A DNA stretch of 56,846 nucleotides, from IMG/VR virus record IMGVR_UViG_3300045988_088058, positions 1 to 56,846 of that record, one strand, 5' to 3'. The DNA is from a virus. The notes beneath the pieces are model-generated. The model searched no databases and had not been told where the DNA came from. It was given only the letters and a program-made list of their open reading frames with translations. Below, piece after piece: positions 19,301-28,754 of this stretch (within the stretch, counting starts at the first letter, position 1; each line of letters opens with the position of its first letter). The position numbers were made by a program, and so were the translations under genes.

Positions 19301-20055
19301 TAGTCACTTCCGTTATTGATAGAGGCAAAGGTCAAAGGTTCCTGACTTCCTTCCTCCTTTTTACCTGTGAGCTTGTAAGCGGTACAAAGGTTACGGGAGT
19401 CCTCTTGTCTCGTCACGTATTTCAAATTCTCCTCAACGACCAACGGAAAATCGACTTTTGACTCCGTGTAGGGTTGTAGAAATACGACTGTTCGAACTAT
19501 TCGAACTTCTTGCTCTAATAGCTCTTCATAGCCGAACGTGATCTCTAAATTGTATTGCTTTGCTAAATAGCGTAGGTGCCATAGCATGGAGTTTTCTTTA
19601 GCCGTAATGCTTCGAACTCTTTTATTAGCTCCGTCTGGTGGACATACTACTTGAACCCATTTACCTGCGTCCTTGATAATGTCCTGCGCTACGGCGCCGA
19701 CGGTAGTAGCTACATGCTTCAAAGGCTTAGGTAATCCTTCAGCGAGTTCATACCATAGAGCGTAGCAAGTGAACTTGGTTAGTCCTTTGGTATCTTCCAC
19801 GTCCTGCGCGTACTTAATACGGAACCAACGTCCTCCAAAACTAATAATATTTTCGACTTTTAAATGCTGGTAGATGGAAGATGTTTCAATACTTTCAAAA
19901 GAAAATACTTCCTTACCTCGCGCACGGGTTACGATTTCATCTTCGTACATCTTACTGAAGATTTCAACGCTGGCGCCAAGTAGATTGTAGTTTTGATCAT
20001 AAACATAAACAATATCGTCCGGGATAGGACTCATTATTAAGCCGTTATCTAACAT
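16390..20055 (-). CDS. Tail-associated protein: N-terminal prophage endopeptidase tail-like domain, repeated WTKT modules and collagen-like segments
   Basis: GPQGLQGIPGPTGRDG and similar Gly-X-Y stretches; N-terminal SKSKSDERFKIKENLMSAARAYLDIYCRP Tal-like. Confidence 0.85.
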   Translation of the reverse strand: MLDNGLIMSPIPDDIVYVYDQNYNLLGASVEIFSKMYEDEIVTRARGKEVFSFESIETSSIYQHLKVENIISFGGRWFRIKYAQDVEDTKGLTKFTCYALWYELAEGLPKPLKHVATTVGAVAQDIIKDAGKWVQVVCPPDGANKRVRSITAKENSMLWHLRYLAKQYNLEITFGYEELLEQEVRIVRTVVFLQPYTESKVDFPLVVEENLKYVTRQEDSRNLCTAYKLTGKKEEGSQEPLTFASINNGSDYLIDVSWFTARQMRPRYIAKSKSDERFKIKENLMSAARAYLDIYCRPLIGYEASAVLYKKIPDLHHTQLIVDDHYSVIEWRKISSRKIDYDDLSQSVLTFQDPRRDLMDLLNEDGEGVLAGELETESHVVIRYADDILGTNFNAESGKYIGVISTTKHPNELVPDDFTWVKLQGPEGPQGEQGTPGRDGVDGVAGKNGVGIADTSITYAVSVSGTQEPESGWSEQVPELIKGRFLWTKTFWRYTDGAHETGYSVAYIGQDGNTGKDGIAGKDGVGIAATEIMYASSNSATIAPAGGWSTQVPTVPQGHYLWTKTTWRYTDKTTETGYSVSRNGQDGAKGDPGRDGVPGKNGLGLKNTSVMYGISMNDTVQPGSWTSQVPALIKGQYLWTRTIWTYTDNTNETGYQKTYIPRDGNNGRDGIAGKDGVGIKSTTITYAGSTSGTVPPTTNWTSNIPNVQPGFFLWTKTVWTYTDNTNETGYSVSKIGETGPRGLQGLQGPQGLQGIPGPTGRDGRSQYTHIAFSDSPNGEGFSHTDQGRAYIGQYQDFNPEHSKDPAAYRWTKWKGNDGAQGIPGKPGADGKTNYFHIAYASSADGSREFSLEDRNQQYMGYYSDYTQADSTDRTKYKWFDRLANVQVGSQNLLRNTATLPIKDGVSPTWSIRSGGNGTAEVLTLDNYPVPGILKGIRVKNNTNGGNKDLGQNVKLIIGQRYTVSCWARVSSTSEKDTVNLLMRAWTVNDTNRVLFKTIRNKNWVKYSLSFTADTENNGIQFGQNGPGNIEICGMKLELGNVPTDWSLAVEDIQSQLDEKANQKLTDQQLLALTEKTQLHDAELKAKATMEQLSNLEKAYEGRMKANEEAIKKSEADLILAASRIEATIQELGGLRELKKFVDSYMSSSNEGLIIGKNDGSSTIKVSSDRISMFSAGKEVMYLTQGVIHIDNGIFTQSIQVGRFRTEQYSFNPDMNVIRYVG
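17860..18735 (-). repeat. Four tandem ~70-80 aa modules separated by collagen-like linkers
   Basis: Related units ending FLWTKTFWRYTDGAHETGYSV, YLWTKTTWRYTDKTTETGYSV, YLWTRTIWTYTDNTNETGYQK and FLWTKTVWTYTDNTNETGYSV; coordinates approximate. Confidence 0.85.
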
Positions 20056-20067
20056 GAAATCTCCTTT

Positions 20068-20907
20068 CTAATAGTAAGACGGATTGAGGAACATCTCTAC
20101 CGTTACCGGCAAAGTCGTCGTCCATGCTGCCGTATCGTTTGCGCGATACTGAATTTTAATTGTAGCTTCACCAGTAGGTACTTTGAAAAAAGCTCCTCGT
20201 TTGATATACCTAAAGATATTTGTAGCTTGCTGACTCGCGCTGATTTTAATTAGTTCAAAAGTTCCTAAGTTCAACATGACAATTGAGCCGGCTTCCATTA
20301 GTACCGAGTTAGTCCCGAACTCTACAAACTGTCCTGAACTTTTTTCCTCGATACGGAAGTATCCGTTCAATTGATTTGCTGCTCGTAGCTCTAATCGAAC
20401 TTGACGAGTGGGACGTCCAGGGTTAGGAAGTTTATCTCCTCCATCAGCTGCTTTAAAAGTGTAAGGTTTTCGAATGACTGAATTAGTGTACTCGTAACCA
20501 TCTTTGAACTGAATCGAAATTTTGACAATCAAAGTCGCCTCACCTAAAACAGGAACTTCTGTCAGGGAACCATGTTCGTGTTCTCCTAAAAATTTACCGA
20601 ATCGATAAAAGTTAGGATCCTCTTTAGTGGACAACTTCCAAAATGATTTCGATCTAATGAACTGTTTAAACTCGCGATATTTTGCGTTTACTTGTTTTTC
20701 CGATACGCCTTTGAACATTACAGTGACGCTCCCTGTTAGGCCGGATAGAGCAGTAGACGGAGAATCTAATACTCCGTCTATCCCCTCTGGGTTTTTGAAC
20801 CCTGAATCCTTAAATCCTGCCAAGGTAAGTCCTGTATAGTCCAGCACGGTCGCTCCTTTAGTAGATAAGTCAATGCCATCTGCTAATAGCGTCTGTCTGT
20901 TAGCCAT
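20068..20907 (-). CDS. Distal tail protein-like (Dit)
   Basis: Between tape measure and tail endopeptidase-like genes; siphovirus tail component length and order. Confidence 0.75.
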   Translation of the reverse strand: MANRQTLLADGIDLSTKGATVLDYTGLTLAGFKDSGFKNPEGIDGVLDSPSTALSGLTGSVTVMFKGVSEKQVNAKYREFKQFIRSKSFWKLSTKEDPNFYRFGKFLGEHEHGSLTEVPVLGEATLIVKISIQFKDGYEYTNSVIRKPYTFKAADGGDKLPNPGRPTRQVRLELRAANQLNGYFRIEEKSSGQFVEFGTNSVLMEAGSIVMLNLGTFELIKISASQQATNIFRYIKRGAFFKVPTGEATIKIQYRANDTAAWTTTLPVTVEMFLNPSYY

Positions 20908-20917
20908 ACTAGCCTCC

Positions 20918-23900
20918 TTATGGTGTTACAATGTTACCAAACCCTGATAGAGTTTCTTTACTTTTATTATACAGTCCTCTTGAGAGTTTGTCAACGTCAT
21001 CATTGTTTCGAACTACGATTGTTCCAATAGTGATTGAGGTGTGATCCTTACCTCCTGAAGCTCCGCTTCCTTGAGGTTTGTCTGGATCCTTGTCCTTGTT
21101 ACCGTATAGGTCTACCTCTGGCGTTCTAATAGCGTCTAATACCTTACCGAATCCAGGTTTTGGAAGTTCGTCCGGCATTTCATCTACAATTTGTTCGAAA
21201 ACGTCTTTGACCTTTTGAACCACTCCATTTTCCTGGATGTTCATCTTCACATTGCTTAGAGCGTCCGTAACGGTTGAAGCCATTTCAATAGCTTTGTCAC
21301 GTGTCGTTCTAATCATGTTACCGATACCATTTACGAAACCTTGTCCAGTATATACCCCCATTTTTTCCATCACACGAGATGGTGAGTGGATACCTAGGAA
21401 GCCTTTGACAGCGTTCAATGCACTTTTAGCCATGTTAGCCGCAGCGTTTACGGCCGAGCTTACCATCGAACCGATACCGTTGATGAATCCTCGAACCAAG
21501 TTGACCCCGGCGCTTACCATTTGTCCAGCGAATCCAGTGATACGCGAGATCATGGAGCTACCCATTGAACCAATCTTACCTACTACGGAACCGATCATAG
21601 AACCGATACCACTAATAAGGTTTCGAATTAAGTTCGCTCCACCTGATAGCATTTGACCTAAGAAGCTAGCGATCTTACTTACCACTTGACCCATCATAGA
21701 GGCGATTGTGGAGACGAGTGACCCTAGTAGGGAGGCGATACCTTGGATCAGTGCTTGTAGCAACTGAACCCCTGCTTGAAGAAGTTTAGGAACATAGTCT
21801 ACAATGGCTTTGAGTAACGCCATCATAATTTGAATCGCTCCAGCAATAAGTTGAGGAATCACTTGAATAAGTCCTTGAATCAATGCTAGTAGCAACTTAA
21901 CTCCAGCCTCTAATAATTGAGGAAGGTTTGATAAGATTGAAGTTAGTAGCGTCGTAATAATTTCAATCGCTGTTACAATGAGTTGAGGAATCATTTGAAT
22001 CAATCCTTGAATTAGTGCCATTAGGATTTGAACCCCTGCCTCTAATATTGGACCGATATTCTCAATTAGAGCGTTCACTAGACCTATGATGATCTGTAGG
22101 GCTGCTTCTAGAATCATTGGTAAGGCTTGAATAAGTCCTTGAACTAAACCTGTAATGATTTGTAGAGCCGCCTCTATGATAGCAGGTAGAGCCTGCACCA
22201 GACCTTGGATAAGGGCTTGAATAATCTGTATAGCTGCTCCGATGATTGTAGGTAGAGCCTGAATGAGCCCGTTAAATAGCGCCATAATAATCTGTAACGC
22301 GGCCTGAATAATTGTAGGTAGGGCTTGAGCAATACCGTTTATCAAAGCCGTTAAGATTTGAACTCCTGCCTGAATAATAGTAGGTAGGATAGTCGATAGC
22401 GTATTCACTAGCGTTTCAATTACCTGAGAAATAACTGAGACAACTCCTGGAATAGCATTAGCCATACCTTCAATGAGCTTGATTAGTATCTCAGTTCCTT
22501 TTTGAACAAATATAGGTAGGTATTGGTTAATCGCATCCGCTGCACCTTGAATGGTACTTGAAAGATTATCAAATACTTGAGTGATTCCGTCAGCGTTCAA
22601 TTGACCTGTACGAGCCCACGCAGATAGGAAGGAGACTACAAGACTAATGACAAACCCTAGCGGTCCAGTGATACCTAAGAACGCAAGTCCTACCTTAGTT
22701 AGAACAGACACGGCGATTGACATGACTCCTCCGACCTTGCCGAATGCTCCTCCTAACCTCTCTAGGCCATTGCTAATGAAAGAGCCTATCGAAGATCCTG
22801 CTTGTCCGATGTTGATTCCGAATTGTTGTAAGACGTTAGCTATTTTCGAACTAATAGCTGATCCGAACTCTTTAGCCTTATCAGCCGCCTTCTGCATCCA
22901 CTCCCAAAGGACTTTCAGCTTTTCAGCTGTCCATTCAACCGCAATTCCTAGCCCTTTCTTAATCGCCGGAGCTAAAGCATTGATAAAGTTCCGGAACGTC
23001 TCTGACTTAGTATAAGCTATCATAAAGACCGCGACGAGAGCGTAGAATGCGGCTATCACCAGGGCTATTGTTCCCATGGTACCCATAAAGGCAGGACCTA
23101 AGAACTGCATGGCGATTCGAAGTTTAACCATGGTAGTCATCACCGTACCTGCTATTAGCAGTAGCGGACCAAGTGCTGCTACCATTCCAGCGAAGATGAC
23201 TACCATCTTTTGACCTACTGGTGACATATTGAGGAAGGCTTCAATCATTTTAGTGATGCCGCCTACAACCTTAGCCAAGGCTGGTTCTAAAATTTGCTGA
23301 ATGACGATTGCAGCAGATTCGAACGCTCCTCCCATTTGCTCAATCTTACTAGCAAGGTTATCTTGCATAGTCTCTGCCATTTCTTTAGCAGCTCCGTCGG
23401 AGTTGATTAAAGCGTTGGTCATTTTATCTAACTTTTCAGGCCCTGCGTCTAATAGTGCAAGCATACCTGATAGAGAGTTTTGACCGTACAAGGTTACCAG
23501 GTGTCGGTTTTTCTCTTCTTGAGTAAGTCCAGCGGTAGCCGTTTTCAACTGAGCAAGTTGATCTTTAAGTGGAATCATCTTACCGTTCGCGTCGTAGAAT
23601 GATACACCTAATTCATCCATAGATTTAACCATGGCCTTAGTAGGTTTAGCTATACGCGAGAGAGCTCCTCTAAGCGTGGTTCCGGCTTGTGAGCCCTTAA
23701 TACCGGCGTCGGCCATAATACCAATAGATGCAGCCGTTTCTTCTAGGCTCAAGCCCATTGAGTGAGCAACTGGAGCGACATATTTCATCGCCTCTGCCAT
23801 GTCACTTGTCTCAGCGTTAGTGTCTGCAGCTGCTCGAGCGAATACGTCAGCAACGTGTCCAGCTTTTCCTGCTTCTAGTCCGAACGCACGAAGTGAGCTA

Positions 23901-24367
23901 GCCATAGCTTCAGAACTTGCGGCTACATCTCCTCCTGAAACGGCAGCGAGGTCAAGTACCCCTGGCATGGCGTCCATGATTTCATTTACCCCGAAACCTG
24001 CTGAAGCGAGATTTTCCATACCTTGAGCAGCCTCTTTAGCACTGAAGGCCGTTTTCGCTCCAAGGTCAATCGCTTGACGCTTCATTTGATCCAACTCACC
24101 GCCAGTAGCACCTGCGATAGCTTGAACACGAGACATTTGAGCTTGGAACTCATTCCCTACCTTAATGGAAGTTGCAGCTATACCTAAAAGAGGTAACGTT
24201 ACGGCGGTAGATAATACCTTACCCATGCCTGTCAACGCTGAACCAATTTGGAAGGATTTGGACGTCTCAACTGCTAGTCGTTGAGCTTGGTTCTGTGCCA
24301 AGTTCAGTTGATTAGTAAAATTGGAAATGTCTAGCGTCATTTTAGCTGCTATTGATCCAAAATCCAT
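20918..24367 (-). CDS. Tape measure protein
   Basis: 1149 aa; AQMSRVQAIAGATGGELDQMKRQAIDLGAKTAFSAKEAAQGMENLASAGF; long hydrophobic helical repeats. Confidence 0.95.
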   Translation of the reverse strand: MDFGSIAAKMTLDISNFTNQLNLAQNQAQRLAVETSKSFQIGSALTGMGKVLSTAVTLPLLGIAATSIKVGNEFQAQMSRVQAIAGATGGELDQMKRQAIDLGAKTAFSAKEAAQGMENLASAGFGVNEIMDAMPGVLDLAAVSGGDVAASSEAMASSLRAFGLEAGKAGHVADVFARAAADTNAETSDMAEAMKYVAPVAHSMGLSLEETAASIGIMADAGIKGSQAGTTLRGALSRIAKPTKAMVKSMDELGVSFYDANGKMIPLKDQLAQLKTATAGLTQEEKNRHLVTLYGQNSLSGMLALLDAGPEKLDKMTNALINSDGAAKEMAETMQDNLASKIEQMGGAFESAAIVIQQILEPALAKVVGGITKMIEAFLNMSPVGQKMVVIFAGMVAALGPLLLIAGTVMTTMVKLRIAMQFLGPAFMGTMGTIALVIAAFYALVAVFMIAYTKSETFRNFINALAPAIKKGLGIAVEWTAEKLKVLWEWMQKAADKAKEFGSAISSKIANVLQQFGINIGQAGSSIGSFISNGLERLGGAFGKVGGVMSIAVSVLTKVGLAFLGITGPLGFVISLVVSFLSAWARTGQLNADGITQVFDNLSSTIQGAADAINQYLPIFVQKGTEILIKLIEGMANAIPGVVSVISQVIETLVNTLSTILPTIIQAGVQILTALINGIAQALPTIIQAALQIIMALFNGLIQALPTIIGAAIQIIQALIQGLVQALPAIIEAALQIITGLVQGLIQALPMILEAALQIIIGLVNALIENIGPILEAGVQILMALIQGLIQMIPQLIVTAIEIITTLLTSILSNLPQLLEAGVKLLLALIQGLIQVIPQLIAGAIQIMMALLKAIVDYVPKLLQAGVQLLQALIQGIASLLGSLVSTIASMMGQVVSKIASFLGQMLSGGANLIRNLISGIGSMIGSVVGKIGSMGSSMISRITGFAGQMVSAGVNLVRGFINGIGSMVSSAVNAAANMAKSALNAVKGFLGIHSPSRVMEKMGVYTGQGFVNGIGNMIRTTRDKAIEMASTVTDALSNVKMNIQENGVVQKVKDVFEQIVDEMPDELPKPGFGKVLDAIRTPEVDLYGNKDKDPDKPQGSGASGGKDHTSITIGTIVVRNNDDVDKLSRGLYNKSKETLSGFGNIVTP
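21750..22490 (-). repeat. Internal ~22-aa repeats within the tape measure protein
   Basis: Recurrent units such as LPTIIGAAIQIIQALIQGLVQA / LPAIIEAALQIITGLVQGLIQA; approximate bounds. Confidence 0.8.
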
Positions 24368-24411
24368 ATATCTTCCTTTCTATTCAATAAAAATAGGAGC
24401 GACTAAATAAG

Positions 24412-24606
24412 TCACTCCATTAGCATTTGCAAACCTGGATTCTTTTTCTCGTCTCCAGGGTACCTAGGAGTCTTATCGTCCGCGATGTAACGAATGTAAG
24501 CGACTGCCGCAGTATCGAAGCAATAGCGTCCAATTTCTGTGGTCAGTCCTACGACATCACTAGGTCTAATATGAAATTCAGTAGCGACTGCTATGACATT
24601 AGACAT
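24412..24606 (-). CDS. Putative downstream tail assembly chaperone ORF
   Basis: Small ORF between chaperone-like gene and tape measure, 8-nt overlap with the upstream ORF. Confidence 0.6.
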   Translation of the reverse strand: MSNVIAVATEFHIRPSDVVGLTTEIGRYCFDTAAVAYIRYIADDKTPRYPGDEKKNPGLQMLME

Positions 24607-25057
24607 TTCCTTCGTTTGAACGAAAGGACTCCGCCGAAGCTACCTCACCGTACATGGCGCTGAAGATCGTCATCAACTGATCATCTGTCATATACTCCCC
24701 GATTTCTGCGTAAGTAGGTTGAACCAACGCAGCTTCCGCAAAGACACGCAATAACTCGGCCATGTCCTGCAAGCCTGAATCACTTTTGTTCAGTTTTTCC
24801 AAGGCTTTACGTTTTTGGTCATCCGTAATCGCGTTCATTGAAAGGTCGTCTTTAACGACTTCTTGAGTTTCCCCAAAAAGTTCAGTGACCTTACCTAAAA
24901 GGGTATTAGGAATACGACCGTTCGCGATCAAGTTCATTACCCCAGCCGAGCGAATTTGAACATAAATTGGCTCGGCGCCTTTTCCAAAACCTGGAAGAGG
25001 GATAACTTGAAATGATTTTTGACGAAATTGTTCAGCGGTGATAATGTTGTTATTCAT
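24599..25057 (-). CDS. Putative tail assembly chaperone
   Basis: Gene order between major tail protein and tape measure. Confidence 0.65.
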   Translation of the reverse strand: MNNNIITAEQFRQKSFQVIPLPGFGKGAEPIYVQIRSAGVMNLIANGRIPNTLLGKVTELFGETQEVVKDDLSMNAITDDQKRKALEKLNKSDSGLQDMAELLRVFAEAALVQPTYAEIGEYMTDDQLMTIFSAMYGEVASAESFRSNEGNV

Positions 25058-25075
25058 AGCAGTACCTTTCTAAAT

Positions 25076-25858
25076 TTATGCGTATTGTGCGACAAGTGTA
25101 ATATCGCGGTCAGGCATAACACTTGTATCGAAGTTCCACATAGTGGTTTCACCTAGGACTTTCCAGCCTTTGAAGACCTTACCGTCTGTGCGTGTAGGAT
25201 CTGCTGGTTTAGGTGTTACCTTTTTACCGACTTCTACTTTGACAGAGTTAGCCGTTCCGTTACCGCCAGCTAAATCATACTTCACATTGCGAAGGATAGC
25301 AGGGAGTGTAGGAACGTAGTCCATTGACTTAACAGGAAGTCCAGCTTTGGTAGCCTCGCGGGCTTTGATTTTGAACTCAGGTGCATAGAACTCTTTACCA
25401 ATGTTGAGTCCTGGAGCGCTACCAGTACAGTTGTTCAAAGTGATTTTGACGTAGTTGACGATTGAGTCCCCTACATAGTTAGGCACATAAATATTCATCC
25501 TAAATGGCTTCATATTTGTTGCGCCTTGTGCAAGCATCGGTGAGTCATATCCGGCGATAGCTTCGTTCACTTTGCGAACAGTACCCCCTTCAATGAGCGC
25601 CATAATTTCAGGGTCAAACGTGTTGTCCTTGAATGTTAGGTCGTAACCATACAAAAGGTCTGGAGTACGCACGATCGCAAGAATACGAGTATCATTGCGC
25701 TTGATGTCTTCCGTACCTTCCGAGGTTACTGACTCAAGTTCCGCAGTTTCAGCGGTGTCGACTGTAAACTTAGATCCACCAACTTTTGGTAGTTGAGTGA
25801 GTGGGTCAAGTTCTTCGATTTCGACAAACTTAATTCCGTAAAGAATATCCTTACTCAT
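25076..25858 (-). CDS. Major tail protein with C-terminal Listeria-Bacteroides repeat-like domain
   Basis: Gene order; C-terminus VFKGWKVLGETTMWNFDTSVMPDRDITLVAQYA. Confidence 0.8.
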   Translation of the reverse strand: MSKDILYGIKFVEIEELDPLTQLPKVGGSKFTVDTAETAELESVTSEGTEDIKRNDTRILAIVRTPDLLYGYDLTFKDNTFDPEIMALIEGGTVRKVNEAIAGYDSPMLAQGATNMKPFRMNIYVPNYVGDSIVNYVKITLNNCTGSAPGLNIGKEFYAPEFKIKAREATKAGLPVKSMDYVPTLPAILRNVKYDLAGGNGTANSVKVEVGKKVTPKPADPTRTDGKVFKGWKVLGETTMWNFDTSVMPDRDITLVAQYA

Positions 25859-26245
25859 TTATAGATTTCCTCCTTGTGGTATTCTATATTCGATTTCTAG
25901 TCTATAACGAGATAACATCGTGTCGAAGTAGTCCCCTGTCTCGGAGTAGGTTACCTCGTAACCCATGTCCTTGATCAGTTGTCGAACTCTTTGACCGTAG
26001 TCATCTATCCCTATAATTGAATTAGAGTGGACGTAGATTTGAACCTTCCAGTATGCAAAACTTCCTAGGCGATTTGTAGCACTAGGCATTCGATGACTGA
26101 ACCTAAGTACGATATAATCATCCGGACGGTCTAATTCATCCTCCGTTTCGCCGAACTGAAGTCCGGGAAGCATTGGCGTAGGAGACAGTTGGTAAGTTGG
26201 TAGTATCTCCTTTAGTCTGTCCATCATTGAAGTACGTTTTGTCAT
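25859..26245 (-). CDS. Tail terminator/minor tail component-like protein
   Basis: Siphovirus gene order. Confidence 0.6.
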   Translation of the reverse strand: MTKRTSMMDRLKEILPTYQLSPTPMLPGLQFGETEDELDRPDDYIVLRFSHRMPSATNRLGSFAYWKVQIYVHSNSIIGIDDYGQRVRQLIKDMGYEVTYSETGDYFDTMLSRYRLEIEYRIPQGGNL

Positions 26246-26254
26246 TCCATCCTC

Positions 26255-26602
26255 CTAGCTTACTAATCGTCTTAGAGCCCTAAACAATTCTTCCACATTG
26301 TCCTCTATAGACTGTTCTAGTATCTTATACTTGCGCCCGTGCGCTAGTTCCAACCAAAAGCCGTAGCTCATATGGTGTGATACTGCGATCATAATTTGAT
26401 CCTTACTGACCCATGCGGCTTCCCCTTTCAGTTTTTGCCGGGCGTTACCAGTACGGTCCGTCCAAATCGCGTTAGACTTAGCGTAAGCCTCCATTTTAGT
26501 AGAAGCTATCTCACAGATTAGTAAAACGGATACAAGGAACTTGCTTCGGTATTGCTCACAGGACTGAACGAACTCACTAGGATCCCATACAAGATCAGCC
26601 AT
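26255..26602 (-). CDS. HK97 gp10-like tail component
   Basis: MEAYAKSNAIWTDRTGNARQKLKG...MSYGFWLELAHGRKYKILEQSIE motif. Confidence 0.75.
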   Translation of the reverse strand: MADLVWDPSEFVQSCEQYRSKFLVSVLLICEIASTKMEAYAKSNAIWTDRTGNARQKLKGEAAWVSKDQIMIAVSHHMSYGFWLELAHGRKYKILEQSIEDNVEELFRALRRLVS

Positions 26603-26994
26603 TAGTCCTTTACCTCCAATTTCAGTTCAACTACGATATTTTGCTCTAAAATATTATGGACTTCAACTACTCGATACCGTCTACCTGATTGAATAATCGT
26701 AACGGTATCACTAGGAACAATGTTCGAACCTCCGTCATTATACATGATGAAGATTCTAATCCCATTTTGAGCAAAAATTCTACCAGCGTCCGTAGCATTG
26801 GACAGTAGGTCAGGTCCGGTTGAATTGTCGAATAGACAAGTGGCGTTTTCTAATACGATTTCCTTTGATTTGTCTCGTTTCTTACCACCGTAACCGTCAC
26901 TGACCCAGCTATCCCTTGTTACTTTTATCTTAGTAGGTGCAGTCTCAATAGCTCGACGAACTTGTTCTTCGACATAATTGTAGTCATAAGTCAT
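26602..26994 (-). CDS. Head closure-like protein
   Basis: Gene order; TVTIIQSGRRYRVVEVHNILEQNIVVELKLE. Confidence 0.6.
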   Translation of the reverse strand: MTYDYNYVEEQVRRAIETAPTKIKVTRDSWVSDGYGGKKRDKSKEIVLENATCLFDNSTGPDLLSNATDAGRIFAQNGIRIFIMYNDGGSNIVPSDTVTIIQSGRRYRVVEVHNILEQNIVVELKLEVKD

Positions 26995-27308
26995 GTTCCG
27001 TCCGCCCTTTTCATTAAAATAGTAGACCCTGTACTAGCTGAAAGGTCTTGCTCTTGTTGCTCTGCTTTATACTCATCATAGAAGAACCGAGCCATGTTCT
27101 TCCAGTATTCGGCGTCACCTTTCAAAGTAATAGGTCCAAGAGTCACAGCGTCATTGCGCGTTTTAAGAAGACATAATTTATAGCTTACATACGCAACTGA
27201 CTTGTGACGATCTAAAAGAGCGGAGATGTACGTTTCCGGATATGGATTAGGGGATTGAGTGTTCCCTATATTCTCCATAACCAAGTCAATATCCGCTTTT
27301 TCTGCCAT
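26991..27308 (-). CDS. Head-tail connector-like protein
   Basis: Gene order. Confidence 0.5.
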   Translation of the reverse strand: MAEKADIDLVMENIGNTQSPNPYPETYISALLDRHKSVAYVSYKLCLLKTRNDAVTLGPITLKGDAEYWKNMARFFYDEYKAEQQEQDLSASTGSTILMKRADGT

Positions 27309-27309
27309 G

Positions 27310-27639
27310 TTACTCTCCTAGTTCGTAGTCAATAAGTGCGTCGATATATTCACTCTTGCGAGTAAGTCCAGTTAGGTCAATACCGTTAGCCTGCGCCAGT
27401 TCAGCGAGTTGAGGGACAGTCATTGCGGCATACTCTTGTCGCATTTTTTCAACTTCGTCCTCGTCATCTAAAACTGAACTATCTTTAGTGACGTCCGTAC
27501 CTTCGGCTTCCTTCAGTTCAAAAGCCAAACCACTTTCGACAAGGGAAGCAGCAAGCGCATCAGGGCAGTGAAATACTGAACCCGTATGCGCTACACTTCC
27601 GGAGACAATCAACGTACTCAGTGCTTTTAGTGTAGCCAT
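27310..27639 (-). CDS. Small head protein with SAP/HeH-like C-terminal motif
   Basis: MTVPQLAELAQANGIDLTGLTRKSEYIDALIDYE. Confidence 0.6.
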   Translation of the reverse strand: MATLKALSTLIVSGSVAHTGSVFHCPDALAASLVESGLAFELKEAEGTDVTKDSSVLDDEDEVEKMRQEYAAMTVPQLAELAQANGIDLTGLTRKSEYIDALIDYELGE

Positions 27640-27655
27640 AAATTACCTCCTAAAA

Positions 27656-28741
27656 TTAGCCTTCGTTGGTTTTGATAACTCCAACATAGTCGATTCCTTC
27701 GAATGATGGAATCATTACCGCAGAAACAACGGTCACCACGTTCACTGGATGTTTTTCCATGTAAGTAGTGACGGTAGGTCCACCTGAAAGAACTTGAACC
27801 TGCGCATCTGTTCCACCTGATGCCAAGTCGAACGCTTCAGGAGTAGTTCCGTACCAAGTGTGACCAACTGGGTCTGGTGGAAGTAGGACAACGATGTTAT
27901 CGTCAATCAAGTTGAACTGACGAATGTTACCTGAGTCAGGAAGTTTGTCAGCGTCAGCGAATTGAGCAATTTTCTTAGAGTACACAGCAATTTGAAGTTG
28001 AGTCTTCTCAGCAATGAATTTTTCAGCGTCAGCTGCTAATAGCATGAAGTTTTCCCATGACCCTTGAACACCAATTGCAAGAGCTTTCTTAATAGAGTCA
28101 CTCTTCGTCATGTTGTTGTAAGTGTTACGGTTCATAATCATACGAGTAGGTCGAACCCCTGTACGATTTTCCATGTCGTCCATAGCCGCCAAAATGTCCG
28201 CGATAGGGTCTGAGGTAGTACGGTCAGTCCATTTCTTCGCTGCGGTGTATTGTTGTTTAGCATCCATATTATAATCATATGTATATTGAGCTTCACTGTT
28301 GGTAGATTTAACTGTGAATTTACCGTACTGAAGCAACTGCATCCGCATGTATTCAGCTTGCGCTTCTACACCGTCGACAAGGTTTTTAGTGTCATTGTAT
28401 AGCTGAGTGATGATTGGTTGAGCCATTCCTTGGCTTTGAGCCAATAACAATTGAAGTTGCTGGCGGTCTTTTTCACCCAAGCGCATTGATTCACGGAAGA
28501 ACGCCATTTCAGTAGCTTGTTTGCTAAATCCAGCACGTTCACGGATGCTAGCCTTAGCATCGTAGTTCGATGGTTGAATCGTTACTGGAAGGTTATTAGC
28601 ACCTTTTAGCCAAGAGATGTCCGTCCCTGCTTGTTGCGCATTAGGGAAAAGTGAAGGACCAAGGTATGGAAGAGCGTTCGAAGGTAGCGCTTGGATGTAA
28701 GCAGCGACCTCACTAGCATTTAGGTAATCATAAATATTCAT
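27656..28741 (-). CDS. Major capsid protein
   Basis: 361 aa; TGVRPTRMIMNRNTYNNM, gene order downstream of scaffold. Confidence 0.85.
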   Translation of the reverse strand: MNIYDYLNASEVAAYIQALPSNALPYLGPSLFPNAQQAGTDISWLKGANNLPVTIQPSNYDAKASIRERAGFSKQATEMAFFRESMRLGEKDRQQLQLLLAQSQGMAQPIITQLYNDTKNLVDGVEAQAEYMRMQLLQYGKFTVKSTNSEAQYTYDYNMDAKQQYTAAKKWTDRTTSDPIADILAAMDDMENRTGVRPTRMIMNRNTYNNMTKSDSIKKALAIGVQGSWENFMLLAADAEKFIAEKTQLQIAVYSKKIAQFADADKLPDSGNIRQFNLIDDNIVVLLPPDPVGHTWYGTTPEAFDLASGGTDAQVQVLSGGPTVTTYMEKHPVNVVTVVSAVMIPSFEGIDYVGVIKTNEG

Positions 28742-28754
28742 CTAATACTTCCTC

